Below, one piece after another: positions 44,172 through 55,700 of a DNA stretch of 64,000 bases. Positions within the stretch are counted from its first letter, which is position 1, and the number at the start of each line of letters is the position of its first letter. Origin of the DNA: Spirochaetia bacterium (lineage in GTDB: Bacteria > Spirochaetota > Spirochaetia > CADAEX01); NCBI GenBank assembly GCA_963662795.1, contig OY759746.1, forward strand, positions 256,001-320,000, written 5' to 3'. The position numbers were made by a program, and so were the translations under genes. The notes beneath the pieces were generated by a model. It searched no databases, was not told the origin of the DNA, and saw only the letters and a program-made list of their open reading frames with translations.

Positions 44172-44894
44172 ATGAATATTCCTGAAAAAATCAAAGAACG
44201 ATACAGCTGGTTCAAACTCCATTCAGCGTGTGAAGAAACACCGGGAACAGCCCTCGAAATTATCAGCAAAGACAAGGAAGGTCTTCTTTCCGAAATTACA
44301 TCAAAAATTCATTCTTTCGGCGGGAACCTTTCCTTTATGCAGTCGTGGCTTGAATATGACGGAAAAAGCCATATAACTCTTCAGATTGACAACGGCAGAG
44401 AACAGGATTCCCTGATAAAATCACTTGAGGAAATAAAAGAAATAGAATCCCTGAAAATTATTCCGACAAGCAGAAAAACATGGGGAAAAAGAATAATTAT
44501 AATCGGAGGCGGAGCCCAGGTCGCAAGCGTGGCATCCGGTGCCATTGCAGAGGCTGACAGACACAATATCCGGGGAGAGACAATCTCTGTCGATACAATA
44601 GCTGTAGTCGGCGAGCTTGAGATAGCAAATACGATATCCGCTGTCGGAAAACTCCACAGGGTCGGCATACTGGTTCTTGCAGGAGCCCTTATGGGGGGAA
44701 AGATTACTGAAGCTGTAAAAAACTTAAGGACAGATTACGGTATTCCTGTAATAGCGCTTAATATGGCAGGCTCTGTGACAAAAGCGTGCGATCTGGTTGT
44801 AACAGACCCTATCGAGGCGGGAGTAATGGCAGTAATGCTTATCAGCAATATAGGAAAATTCAATCTTCTCAAAATTCACGGCAGGAAATACTGA
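44172..44894 (+). CDS. ACT-domain plus DUF5612-like protein
   Basis: DKEGLLSEI ACT motif; GKRIIIIGGGAQVA, EADRHNIRGETISVDT, LVLAGALMGG, DPIEAG. Confidence 0.75.
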   Translation: MNIPEKIKERYSWFKLHSACEETPGTALEIISKDKEGLLSEITSKIHSFGGNLSFMQSWLEYDGKSHITLQIDNGREQDSLIKSLEEIKEIESLKIIPTSRKTWGKRIIIIGGGAQVASVASGAIAEADRHNIRGETISVDTIAVVGELEIANTISAVGKLHRVGILVLAGALMGGKITEAVKNLRTDYGIPVIALNMAGSVTKACDLVVTDPIEAGVMAVMLISNIGKFNLLKIHGRKY

Positions 44895-44967
44895 AGTCTT
44901 CAGGGCATTGAAATTATTGCCCTGTTGAAGTATCCTTCCAGTCTAAAATGCAATTCAGGTAGAAACA

Positions 44968-45786
44968 ATGAACACATTAAAATCAGTTACAGCAAATTAT
45001 CATACACATACTTTCAGATGCAAACACGCAACCGGAGATGCATCAGACTATGCACAGGCAGCATGGGAAGCAGGGCTTACAACACTGGGATTTTCCGAGC
45101 ACACCCCTGTTCCGGACGGCAGGTGGAACGAGGTAAGAATGGATATGGACCAGCTTGACAGTTATGACGAAGCTATCCGCAGTGCGCAGGAAGCCTTTCC
45201 CGGCCTTAATATATTAAAAGGGATGGAATGCGACTGGATACCGGAATACAATAATTTCTACAAAGAGGAATTCAGGGAAAAACGAAATTACTGCTATCTG
45301 ATAGGAAGCATACACTGGTTCAAATCCGAAGGGGAATGGATTTTCAGCTATTCTCCCGAAGCTTTTGGAAAAGCCAGGGAATACGCGGATTTACTGATAG
45401 AAATGATAGAATCAGAGTCTTTTGACTTTATTGCCCATCCCGACCTTTTCGGGCTTTTCAGCAGAAAATGGAACACGGAAACTACAGCCATAAGCAGGGC
45501 AATCTGCGAAGCGGCGAAAACGTACAGTATCCCGCTTGAAATAAACGGTTACGGGTTCAGGAAAGCCAGGATAGAGACAGCGGAAGGGACAAGACACGCT
45601 TATCCGGTTGAAAAGTTCTGGGAAATTGCCTCCGACTACGGGATTGAGGCTGTCTGCAATTCCGATGCGCACAGGCCTGAGGATGTAAACAAGTCAATCG
45701 ATCTGTGTCTTGATATCGCAAATAGGAATTTTCTGCCCCTGGCGGAATTTGACTTCGATAAATGCGCCAAAGAGGTGCTGCAATGA
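44968..45786 (+). CDS. PHP-family phosphatase (histidinol-phosphatase HisK-like)
   Basis: NYHTHT..CKHA, SEH, GSIH, AHPD, EIN, SDAH. Confidence 0.88.
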   Translation: MNTLKSVTANYHTHTFRCKHATGDASDYAQAAWEAGLTTLGFSEHTPVPDGRWNEVRMDMDQLDSYDEAIRSAQEAFPGLNILKGMECDWIPEYNNFYKEEFREKRNYCYLIGSIHWFKSEGEWIFSYSPEAFGKAREYADLLIEMIESESFDFIAHPDLFGLFSRKWNTETTAISRAICEAAKTYSIPLEINGYGFRKARIETAEGTRHAYPVEKFWEIASDYGIEAVCNSDAHRPEDVNKSIDLCLDIANRNFLPLAEFDFDKCAKEVLQ

Positions 45787-46328
45787 TTGAACTCCTGAAA
45801 AAAAGAAAGTCAACAAGAAATTTTTCCGGTAAACTCATAGGAAAAAACATAATTGACCAGATTCTTGAAGCGGCGCTTCTGTCGCCGTCTTCGAGAGGCA
45901 TAGATCCCTGGGCTTTTGTTGTTGTGGAAGACAAAAAAGCAATAAAACAACTCTCCCTGGCAAAAGAGCATGGCTCGGCGTTTCTTGCCGGCGCGCCCCT
46001 TGTTATTGCTGTTACGGCTGATAACACAAAAAGCGATGTCTGGATTGAAGACTGTTCAATTGCGTCAATTATTATACAGCTTGAAGCGGAATCAACAGGG
46101 CTCGGTTCCTGCTGGGTTCAGATAAGAAGGAGAAAAACAAAAGACGGAACAGAGTCTGAAGTTTTTGTGAAAAAACTCCTTGGTATTTCTGATGAATATT
46201 CAGTTTTATCCCTTATCGGCATAGGCTATCCGGCAGAGGTAAACACTGCACCTAAAAACAAGAGCCTTGACAATAGTAAATGCCGCTATAACAGCTTCAA
46301 CTCCGGCTATTTCACCGACAATGAGTAA
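45783..46328 (+). CDS. Nitroreductase family protein
   Basis: RKSTRNF, SPSS..PWAF, GLGSCWV, IGYP. Confidence 0.9.
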   Translation: MIELLKKRKSTRNFSGKLIGKNIIDQILEAALLSPSSRGIDPWAFVVVEDKKAIKQLSLAKEHGSAFLAGAPLVIAVTADNTKSDVWIEDCSIASIIIQLEAESTGLGSCWVQIRRRKTKDGTESEVFVKKLLGISDEYSVLSLIGIGYPAEVNTAPKNKSLDNSKCRYNSFNSGYFTDNE

Positions 46329-47214
46329 GCTGAAAGCAGGCAGTAAAGCTGAAATATACGCTATATCTGCAGTCCTGCTGTGGTCAACTGTAGCTACTGC
46401 TTTCAAAATCGCGCTTAAAAACCTGACATACGAAGAACTTCTTTTTTATTCTCTTCCCGCAAGCCTTGCCGCAATCGCTGTAATACTGACAATACAGAAT
46501 AAGTGGGGAAGGGTTTTCAGGGCACAAGTATTTTATAAATCCCTTGTCTCCGGTTTTTTCAATCCGTTTTTATATTATCTTGTCCTGTTCAGGGCCTATG
46601 AGATTCTTCCGGCTCAAAAGGCGCAGCCGCTTAATTTCACCTGGGCTGTTTTACTTGTAATTCTCTCTTCATTTATTCTCAGGACAAAACTTAAAACAAG
46701 GGACCTTGTATCTGTTTTAATAAGCTTCTCAGGTGCCGTATTGATTGTAACCGGCGGAAATCTTTCAGAATTTAAAACACAAGAAATCCCGGGAGTTATT
46801 CTCGCACTTGGAAGCGCGTTTATCTGGGCTTCATACTGGCTTTTTACAAAAAAAGATAAATCCGAAGAATCTGTCAAACTGTTTGGCAGTTTCGCATCAG
46901 GATTATTTTATATATCAGTATATATGATTTTTAAAGGCTCTTTCCGACTGCGTACACTGATCGAAATTGCCCCGGCATTCTATGTCGGTTTATTTGAAAT
47001 GGGGATAACATTCTACCTCTGGAGCAGGGCCATGCATTTTGCCGAAAATACGGCCAGAATAAGCAACTTGATCTACCTTTCACCGTTTTTGTCATTCATT
47101 TTTATCAATGTCATACTAAAGGAATCAATCAGGATATCGTCTTTCGCAGGGCTGCTGCTGATAACAGCCGGCATACTGATAAGCAGAAAGTCAAAATCTC
47201 CGGATCGGGTTTGA
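46321..47214 (+). CDS. DMT/EamA family transporter
   Basis: LLWSTVATAFK, NPFLYY, AQPLNFTW, ISNLIYLSPF; about 10 TM helices. Confidence 0.9.
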   Translation: MSKLKAGSKAEIYAISAVLLWSTVATAFKIALKNLTYEELLFYSLPASLAAIAVILTIQNKWGRVFRAQVFYKSLVSGFFNPFLYYLVLFRAYEILPAQKAQPLNFTWAVLLVILSSFILRTKLKTRDLVSVLISFSGAVLIVTGGNLSEFKTQEIPGVILALGSAFIWASYWLFTKKDKSEESVKLFGSFASGLFYISVYMIFKGSFRLRTLIEIAPAFYVGLFEMGITFYLWSRAMHFAENTARISNLIYLSPFLSFIFINVILKESIRISSFAGLLLITAGILISRKSKSPDRV

Positions 47215-47296
47215 CTGCATCATTACCTTTTATACTTCTTTTTATACTTCTTTACACGGATTGTCATAATATTATAAAATACCGGTAAGAGTGTGT

Positions 47297-47734
47297 ATGG
47301 AAAAACAACTGAAAATCAGAAAATGCCTGAAAGAAGATGCTGATGCTGTATTTAAAATGATCTGCCAGCTCGAAGGAGAAAATCCGGAAAGGCCGGATTT
47401 TGACAGGGTATTTTTATCAAATCTTGAAAACAGGGAAGTCTTTTATATAATTGCGGAACTCAATTCCATAATAATAGGTTTTGCAAGCATGCATATACAG
47501 GTTCTGCTTCATCACACAGGGAAAGTAGCGGAGATACAGGAAATGTATATTGACCCGTTATACCGCAGCTCAGGATACGGGGAGGAAATGCTATACTATC
47601 TCAGGGATATCGCAGAAGAAAAAGACTGCCGGCATTTTGAGGCAACCTGCAATATAGTACGGACCAAGACCCATAATTTTCTTGGAAACAGGGGAATGCA
47701 GAGTACCCACTACAAGTTTACAGAGCGGCTCTAA
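47297..47734 (+). CDS. GNAT acetyltransferase (PhnO-like)
   Basis: LLHHTGKVAEIQEM, YRSSGYG acetyl-CoA motif, THYKF. Confidence 0.8.
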   Translation: MEKQLKIRKCLKEDADAVFKMICQLEGENPERPDFDRVFLSNLENREVFYIIAELNSIIIGFASMHIQVLLHHTGKVAEIQEMYIDPLYRSSGYGEEMLYYLRDIAEEKDCRHFEATCNIVRTKTHNFLGNRGMQSTHYKFTERL

Positions 47735-47785
47735 CAGACGTTTTTTTTATTTACTTACCAATACCTGTGATTTATAATCGTAACT

Positions 47786-50059
47786 ATGATACAAAGCAGA
47801 CACAAAGACTGGGAAGAAAAAACAGACCTTGTTCTTGAAAAGGCATGGAACGAAGAAAGGACTCAGCTTTTTGAGCATGAAGTTTATGAAATACTTAAAT
47901 CACTCGGCATCGCAACTCCAATACATTCGTTTATCACAAAAGAAGATGATATAAACAGGAATTTTTTAAACTCTTTCGGAAGCAGTAAAGTAGTTTTAAA
48001 GATTGTATCCGACGCTGTAATTCACAAAAAAAAACTGGGCGGGGTGAGGATTGTTTACAAGGACCTGGATTTTGTTAAATATTCATTTACAAAAATGATT
48101 GATGAATTTAAGGGCCTTGATCTGCCGGTAAGAGGCATACTTGTCACGGAATTTGTCAATTATTCAGAAGAGATAGGAAACGAGATTCTTATAGGGTTCC
48201 GCGAAACACCGTCGTTCGGGCCTGTCCTCTCATTTACAAAAGGAGGGGCAGACGCGGAACATTTTGCCTCACGTTATTCGCCTCCCAACCTTGTTCTTCC
48301 CCCTGTTACGCTTAAATGGGCAAGGGACCTTCTTTCTTCAACAGAAATATATAAAAAATACACTTCAGATAAGCGGGAATTGCATATAGACCTTATCAAT
48401 AAGGCACAGGTAAGGTTCAGCGATCTTTCAATGGCATTTTCCGGTTTTTTCCCCGGGAACAGCAGATTCAGATTAAAAGAGTTTGAAATCAACCCTTTTG
48501 TTTTTGACAGGGACGGGAACTTTCTTGCCATAGACGGATACGCCTCCTTCGAACTTAAAAAGGAAAAACCGTCAGTTTCAATTTCTTCCAACCCTCCCCT
48601 TTCAACAATGACCCCGTTTTTCTATCCGGAAGGAATTGCGGTTCTGGGCGTAAGCGGCAGCAATCCGCTTAAATCCGGAAACGTTATTGTAAAGAACCTG
48701 ATTAAGGCGGGCAGGAGCGATGTTTTCTGCGTCAATCCGCGGGGCGGCACTGTAGAAATAGAAAACCGGAACATGAAAATGTATAGCTCGATTAATGAAA
48801 TTGCTGAAAATATTGATTTTGCGGTTATAACGGTTCCGGCAGCTGCAGTGCTTGATTCCGTAAAAGAGTGCGCGGTCAAAAAAGTCAAAGCTGTGCTTCT
48901 GATCCCCGGCGGTTTCAGCGAAACAACAGACAGCCGTGATATCGAGGATGAGATACTTTCAATCGCAAGAAATAATAATTTCAGGATAATGGGGCCCAAC
49001 TGTCTCGGCATTTATCATTCAGAGGGAAGGATAAACACCTTCTTTATCCCGGAGAACAAATTCAGCGTCCGGAAAAACGCGAGACAGAATGTCGCGATAT
49101 TAAGTCAAAGCGGGGCGCTGGGAATTGTTGAAATATTCAACCTGAGGAACGCTGTTTCACCAAGGGCAATCATAAGCTACGGTAACGAACTTGATTCCGG
49201 CCCCTGTGATCTTGTCCCCTATTTCGCGCAGGACAGCGAAATAAAGGTTATTGCCCTCTATGTAGAGGGTTTCAAGGAAGGGGACGGAAGAAGGTTTTTC
49301 GATCTTGTATCAAAGATTCACAAGCCGGTTGTGGTTTACAAGGCAGGAAGGACCCAGGCGGGACAGAAGGCAACACAGTCTCATACCGCAAGCATGTCGG
49401 GAGAATACGCTGTGGCAAAGGCGGCAATGGTACAGGCAGGCATAATTGTTGCCGACTCAATGGCCGATCATACAGGCTATATAAAAACCTTCTCCCTTTT
49501 CAGCGCCCTTACAGTGCATGACAGGAGAATAGCTGTCATCGCAAATGCGGGTTATGAAAAAGCAAACGCGGCGGATAATATCGGCGATCTTGAGATTGCC
49601 CGGCTTGACAAAGAGACCCTTTACAGACTTAAAACAATTATTCCCGACTTTGTGAAACCTGAACCGCTGCTGGACCTTACTCCGATGGCGGATGACAGCG
49701 AATACATTGAATCGGTAAAAATACTTCTCGAAAGCGACAGCGTTGATGCGCTTCTTGTTTCAATAATCCCCCAGGCCGGCCCGCTGCATACAACAAATAA
49801 CGAGATATTATCCTATGAAAAAAATATCGCGGCCGAACTTGTAAAAATTGTAAGGAAATATAAAAAACCTGTAATTGCTTCTACCGGGATTGAGTCTTCA
49901 TCCGGCGGTGATTTCAGCATGCTAAACGAAATACTTGATGCCGGAGGTGTTCCCTCTTTCAGCAGTGCGGAAAAAGCCATGAAATATCTTAATGCCTTTA
50001 TCAGGTATAAACTGATAAAAGAAAAAAATATTATGAGCGAATGGTTAAGGCAGGAATAA
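47786..50059 (+). CDS. ADP-forming acyl-CoA synthetase, fused with the ATP-grasp domain first
   Basis: N-terminal VLKIVS..HK..GGV and EINP; then CoA-binding domain, GPNCLG, SQSGA, SHTASM phospho-His. Confidence 0.85.
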   Translation: MIQSRHKDWEEKTDLVLEKAWNEERTQLFEHEVYEILKSLGIATPIHSFITKEDDINRNFLNSFGSSKVVLKIVSDAVIHKKKLGGVRIVYKDLDFVKYSFTKMIDEFKGLDLPVRGILVTEFVNYSEEIGNEILIGFRETPSFGPVLSFTKGGADAEHFASRYSPPNLVLPPVTLKWARDLLSSTEIYKKYTSDKRELHIDLINKAQVRFSDLSMAFSGFFPGNSRFRLKEFEINPFVFDRDGNFLAIDGYASFELKKEKPSVSISSNPPLSTMTPFFYPEGIAVLGVSGSNPLKSGNVIVKNLIKAGRSDVFCVNPRGGTVEIENRNMKMYSSINEIAENIDFAVITVPAAAVLDSVKECAVKKVKAVLLIPGGFSETTDSRDIEDEILSIARNNNFRIMGPNCLGIYHSEGRINTFFIPENKFSVRKNARQNVAILSQSGALGIVEIFNLRNAVSPRAIISYGNELDSGPCDLVPYFAQDSEIKVIALYVEGFKEGDGRRFFDLVSKIHKPVVVYKAGRTQAGQKATQSHTASMSGEYAVAKAAMVQAGIIVADSMADHTGYIKTFSLFSALTVHDRRIAVIANAGYEKANAADNIGDLEIARLDKETLYRLKTIIPDFVKPEPLLDLTPMADDSEYIESVKILLESDSVDALLVSIIPQAGPLHTTNNEILSYEKNIAAELVKIVRKYKKPVIASTGIESSSGGDFSMLNEILDAGGVPSFSSAEKAMKYLNAFIRYKLIKEKNIMSEWLRQE

Positions 50060-50106
50060 ATTCAACTGATATACGCGTATTATCAACATCAAATGAGGTA
50101 GCCAAA

Positions 50107-50772
50107 ATGGACAGTCTGACAGAAATGATTAAATATTCCGAAACCGGGGAGACAGATAAACTTAAAATCCTTATCACCGAATATCCCGACCTTATCGACA
50201 AACCCGGAGATAACGGGCTGACGCCGCTCACGGCAGCCCTTAAACACAACAGAACTGATGCAGTAATGCTTCTGCTCAATCAGGGCGCATCCAGGCTGAC
50301 TCAGATGGAAGACGGGCTTTCAGCGCTTGAATGGGCTAAAAGACAGACCGGCCATGGAGCATCAACTATTCTCCTCGCCTGGGATTACCTTGACAGACTG
50401 TACGAAGCTGCCGGGCTATGGAAGAAACACGGAATTAAGGAAGCCTACTGCGATGTATGTACAGCCCGCATAACGGAAGAGGAAAGCACAATGCTCAGGA
50501 TGGATGAAGTATTTGCCCATGGGCCGTATACGGAACAACTGATAAAGCAGGCTGTAAAAAGCTTCCCCGCTGATCTTGAAAAAAAGAAAAAGAGCGATAT
50601 CCTGAAAACTATCAGGGAACAGATAGAAAAATCATCAGTTACAGGACGCTACTTTGTATGCAACCAGTGCATGGAAAGTTTTTTTCTCCCTGTTGTATTC
50701 GGGAAAAGCATGGATGCTGTATTTGCAATCGTAGAAAGCATGTTTGAGAACACGGAAAAAACCGGCAATTGA
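50107..50772 (+). CDS. Ankyrin-repeat protein with C-terminal CxxC...CxxC domain
   Basis: GLTPLTAA..LLLNQGA and GLSALEWA ankyrin motifs; CDVC and CNQC. Confidence 0.7.
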   Translation: MDSLTEMIKYSETGETDKLKILITEYPDLIDKPGDNGLTPLTAALKHNRTDAVMLLLNQGASRLTQMEDGLSALEWAKRQTGHGASTILLAWDYLDRLYEAAGLWKKHGIKEAYCDVCTARITEEESTMLRMDEVFAHGPYTEQLIKQAVKSFPADLEKKKKSDILKTIREQIEKSSVTGRYFVCNQCMESFFLPVVFGKSMDAVFAIVESMFENTEKTGN

Positions 50773-51391
50773 GAAAAATGTGTCTGAAAAAATAAAAGTT
50801 CCGGCCGGGCTTCCGTCAAAAGTTGAAATCGAAATAAAAAAATCAAAATTCATAGGCTGCTGCTTTCATGCTTCAAATGACAAAGAAGCACGGCAGATTA
50901 TAGCTTCGGTTAAATCGGAACACAAGCTTGCAAGGCACGTTGTATACGCTTTTATCTGCGGAAAACCAGGCAGTCAAAATATGGGGATGAGTGATGACGG
51001 TGAACCTAAAGGGACGGCAGGAAAGCCTGTTCTGCAGGTTCTCAAAGGGAGCGGAACAACAGATATACTCTGCACAGTAGTAAGGTATTTCGGAGGAATA
51101 AAACTCGGCACCGGAGGGCTTGTAAGGGCTTACACTGAAGCTGCGAAAGCTTCGCTTGAAAAGCTTGAAACAAAATATCTTGCAGATGAAACTGTGATAT
51201 CTGTTACTGTAGATTTCTCCAACTACGATAACGTCAGACGCCTTATCACATCAGCAAAAGGCGCCTGCATAACAGGGGAAGAGTTTTTGTCAGAAGTAAC
51301 TATCAGGGCTGTGGTGCCTGATGCTGCACTCGATGCGCTTAGCAGCGGGATAACAGATATCACATCAGGAAAAGCCTTAATCAATAGATAG
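50744..51391 (+). CDS. IMPACT/YigZ family protein
   Basis: IKKSKFI, SDDGEPKGTAG, VRYFGGIKLGTGGLVRAY. Start probably GTG at 50780. Confidence 0.93.
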   Translation: MRTRKKPAIEKNVSEKIKVPAGLPSKVEIEIKKSKFIGCCFHASNDKEARQIIASVKSEHKLARHVVYAFICGKPGSQNMGMSDDGEPKGTAGKPVLQVLKGSGTTDILCTVVRYFGGIKLGTGGLVRAYTEAAKASLEKLETKYLADETVISVTVDFSNYDNVRRLITSAKGACITGEEFLSEVTIRAVVPDAALDALSSGITDITSGKALINR

Positions 51392-51395
51392 AACT

Positions 51396-52718
51396 TTAAT
51401 CGGAAGCTATATCTCCTTCTGCTTTCTGCCAGTCAAAATATGCTGAGAGATATTCATAAACTGCAGATATATGACTTATTCTTGCCAGTTCAAGACTTAC
51501 AGTTGCATCCTTCAGGTCAAGCTGTGTCGCCATTCCATTATTATAGGAACTTTGTGCAATTTCATATGCTTTTTGTGCTGTGCCCATGGTTGCATTTGCA
51601 GAATCTATTCTTTCATACGTTTCCTTCAATGTAAGGTATATGCTGTTTATCTCCGAGTATACTTCCTCCCTAAGCTGCTTCAGTTTTATTCCGGTCTGTT
51701 CCAGCTCGAGCTGCGTTTTTTCATCCTGAGCAGAGAGAGCTCCTCCTGTAAATACCGGTAGAGATACTGTTAAACCTATCTGGGTTTGTGTTGCATCATA
51801 ATCATCAAAATCTGTATCGCGCATCATTGAAGAAGCATAAAGGATGTTTCCCTTAACAGTAGGGTAATGATCTGCTCTTGCTGCTTTCACGTTTATTTCC
51901 CTTAAGGAAAGCTCCCTCATGGTTGCCTTGTAATCAGGCCGCTGGGCAAGGATCTCATCAAGCGGAACAAGCAAGGGAATTTCAGGGTAAGCATTGATAT
52001 CACATGCAAGTTCCAAATTCTCATTTGCAGATATTCCTGCAAGGTTTTTGAAATTGATTTCCGCAAGACCAAGGTTTTTCTGTGCCTGTGTTGTTTCCGG
52101 TATTTTCATTTTCCAGTCAACTTCAGCACGTAAAAGATCAAACTGGGATACAAGTCCGTTGTCAAATTTATTTTTTATATTCAGATAATTCTCATAAGTA
52201 TTCTTTTCCATATTTATTTTAACCTTGAGAAGCTGATCAAGGAGAAAATACTGGTAGTATACTTTTTTTGCTATTGTAACGACAGTCTGATGCTGTACAT
52301 CGTATATATTTGCCGTCATCAGTTTATATTCCCGACTGGCTTTTATCGCATTAAAAACTTTCATATTAAAAAGTTCCTGACTTAATGAAAAACCGAAACT
52401 GAATTCGTTATCGTAATTGGAATCAAGATCCTTGTAAATCAGCATCCCACTTGACATATCTGCAGCTACCGGATAAGACTGCTCAATATCTGAAAGATTT
52501 CGTATATATCCTGTTTGTGCCCCTATCTGCGGATAAATCTGTGATCTTGAAGCTTTTTCAGTTGAACCGGCTATCTCAATATCCTTCGCGGCAGACATTA
52601 GCTGCTTGCTGTTTTTTTCAACAAGCCTTATATAGTTTTCAAGTGTAATTTCAGAGCCGAATAAATCATTAAAAGCTGCTGATAAAATTAATACGCTGAT
52701 CAGTGTTGCTTTTTTCAC
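51396..52718 (-). CDS. TolC-family outer membrane efflux protein
   Basis: Signal peptide; two OEP repeats; GLVSQFDLL and GMATQLDL. Confidence 0.88.
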   Translation of the reverse strand: MKKATLISVLILSAAFNDLFGSEITLENYIRLVEKNSKQLMSAAKDIEIAGSTEKASRSQIYPQIGAQTGYIRNLSDIEQSYPVAADMSSGMLIYKDLDSNYDNEFSFGFSLSQELFNMKVFNAIKASREYKLMTANIYDVQHQTVVTIAKKVYYQYFLLDQLLKVKINMEKNTYENYLNIKNKFDNGLVSQFDLLRAEVDWKMKIPETTQAQKNLGLAEINFKNLAGISANENLELACDINAYPEIPLLVPLDEILAQRPDYKATMRELSLREINVKAARADHYPTVKGNILYASSMMRDTDFDDYDATQTQIGLTVSLPVFTGGALSAQDEKTQLELEQTGIKLKQLREEVYSEINSIYLTLKETYERIDSANATMGTAQKAYEIAQSSYNNGMATQLDLKDATVSLELARISHISAVYEYLSAYFDWQKAEGDIASD

Positions 52719-55700
52719 TTGCGAACCTCCATAATTTTCTTTTCAGCATTTGAGGAATGAGATAAAAGATATTCAAGCGCAGGGATCAGAAACAGGGTCA
52801 GTATTGTTGCTGAAATGATACCTCCGATAATGACCATACCCATCGGCTGACGCATCTCGGCACCTGATGCGCCTATCCCCATTGCCATCGGGAGCATTCC
52901 CAGGACAATGGCAATGTTACTCATAAGAATCGGTTTTAGCTTTACAGGGCAGGCTTCAATAAGCGCATCATGCGTGCTGTACCCTTTTTGTTTCAGCTGA
53001 TTATAATAATCAAGCATCAATATCGCGTTATTGACTACAATACCGACCAGCATGACCATGCCGAGCATGGCTGTACCGTTAACAACAGTTCCCATAATCA
53101 GGCATAGAAAAACAACTCCTATGATCGAGAGGGGAACAGTAGAAAGAATGAAAAGCGGCTGAGAAAGACTCTCGAGTGTAGCTGCAAGAAGCATATAAAC
53201 AAGGATAACTGCAATGATAAATACAATTGCAAGGTCTTTTACAGTATCTCCAAGCATCTCGGTTGTACCGCCCTCCGACACTGAATAACCGGCAGGCATA
53301 TTTATTTCACTTATGGATTTATTTATTTGAGGAAGGAGATTGCCTACAGCGTATCCTCCAAGTGTATCTGCTGTAATTTCAACTGTCCGTACCTTATCAA
53401 GCCGCATAATCTTGCTGCTGCTGTCGGAAAAATATATATCAGCGTAGCGGGAAAGCGGGAATACCCCGGCCTTGGATATAATCGGTATATTCTTTATATC
53501 ATCAATATTCTTTAGTGAGCTGTCTTTTATGGTTACCCTGACATCATATTCTTCACTGCCATCCTTGTATGTTGTGGCTACAAACCCGTCTACTGCAGCA
53601 CGGAGCGTCAGCGCCACAGCCTGAACAGAAAGGCCGTCTTCCGAAATCTGTTTGCGATTCGGAGAAAAGGACAATTCCAGTTTCCCTGATTTACTGCTGA
53701 GGGAAACATTTGTAACGCCGGGAATTTTATTCATCCGTGCCTTGATTTCATCAGCAATGCTTTGAAGTGTATCGTTGTCATCTCCCTTTAGAAACAGATC
53801 AATTGCTGATGTGGAAGCAAGCTGTATTTCAGAAACCGGTGATACCCTTATTGCAGCTCCGGAAATGTCTGACAATTCCCTTATCATTTTTGATGCAAGG
53901 ATATTGATACCTGCCTTGCGCTCTGACCTCGGAACAAGGTAAACGCTCATCTGTGCTAAACTGACATCCTGATCCAGCATTCCCATTGTTCCCAGATTTG
54001 TCTGTATGGCTTCAACTTCTTCGTATTCGGAAAGGCGCCTCTCTATCTCTGCAAGGACCTGTCCTGTTGAATCAATATCATTGCCCTGCGGCAGTTCCAC
54101 GTTTACCTGCATTTTTCCTCCGTCTGTCTGGGGGAAAAGCTCAAACTGGAGATGCGAAGCAGAATCAATGGAAACCGCAAAGATTATAAGAGTAAGAAGA
54201 ACTACTGCTGCACTTGTCCATTTGTTTTTTAAAACACCGGAGAGCAGCCATTTGTAGCCCATATCCCATTTTTTAAAAAAGGCTTCAAGCCAGATGCCTA
54301 TTTTGGTTTCACGCTTGACCTTTTCAGGAAGAATCCTGGAAGCCATCAGGGGGGTGAGCGTAAATGAAACAATTATTGAAAATACAGTTGCAATTACAAT
54401 TGTATACGCAAAATTACCCATCATGCTTCCCATAATGCTTGACATATTGGCGAGAGGTACGAACACAGCGACATTGGTCAGGGTTGAGGCGAATACTGCA
54501 AGAAGAACCTCTTTTGTTCCTCTGGAAGCGGATTCTATTCTTGAATGTCCCATTTCCTTGTGCCGGAAAATATTTTCTATGACCACAACAGAGTTTGCAA
54601 CCAGTGTTCCTGTAGCGCTTGATAGCCCCATCAGGGACAGGATATTCAAATTTATTCCCATAGCCTTCATGATAAGGAAAGTAGAAATAATCGAAAACGG
54701 CATGGCAAGGGCTACAATAATTGTAGAGCGGATATCATGAAGAAAGAAAAGAAGAACAAGCCCTGTGAGAATGACACCAAGATATATATTATTAAGGGTA
54801 TCGTTTACTGTATCCTTTACATAGGTCGCATCTTCCTTGATAACCTTTAGTTTTACACGCCCCGCAGACATGGCCTCGATTTCATCTATCTGCTTCATTA
54901 TCCCGTTAACTACCGAAACTGTATTCGCGCTCGGGTTTTTGACTACCTGGATAACAATGGCATTATCATCCCGCGTACCTGCCTTTTTATCCAGGAGAAT
55001 TGTTCTTTCACGCGCTGTCTTGCTGCTGTCTTTGACTTCTGCAAGCTGCCTTAGCTTGAATATCCCGTTGCCTGTCGGTACATCGAGGTTTTTGATTTCA
55101 TCCAGGCTTTTAAACTTCCCTTTCATTCCTACAGGGATATCCCTGTTTTCATACTGGAAATTCCCTCCCGGAATTTCGATGTTGGCTGCCGCAAGTATCC
55201 CGTTAATCTGCATTATTGGAATAGCCTGTTCATAAACAGTATAGCGTTCCAGTTCTACCCGGATTTCCCTTTCCTTTCCCCCTGAAAGTGTGATGCTTCC
55301 GACTCCGGGAACCTGTGAAAGGCGGTCATTTACAGTTGTGCTTGCATAGGTATAAAGCTCTGTAGCCGGCATTTCGCCCTCAAGCACAATATTCATTATT
55401 GGCATTACATCTGACAAATTAATTTTAGACATTTTTGGTTTTTCAGCATCATCCGGAAAATCACTTGTAACTACATCTACCTTGTCCCTGACCTCCTGCA
55501 GGGCAAGATTTTCATCCTTGCCATAGTTAAATTGAGCTATAATGATGGAAAGACTGTCCATTGAGTATGAAGTTATTGAATCAAGGTCTGATATTGATGA
55601 TATCTTGTCTTCAATTTTTTTTGTGATCTGTGTTTCAATGATATCAGGACTTGCACCTGGATAGACAGTCTGGATTGCAACGTATGGAATGGATGCATCA

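Noticed and set aside
47228-47253. Short tandem TTTTATACTTCT x2
   Set aside because: Two copies in AT-rich intergenic DNA; no evidence of function.
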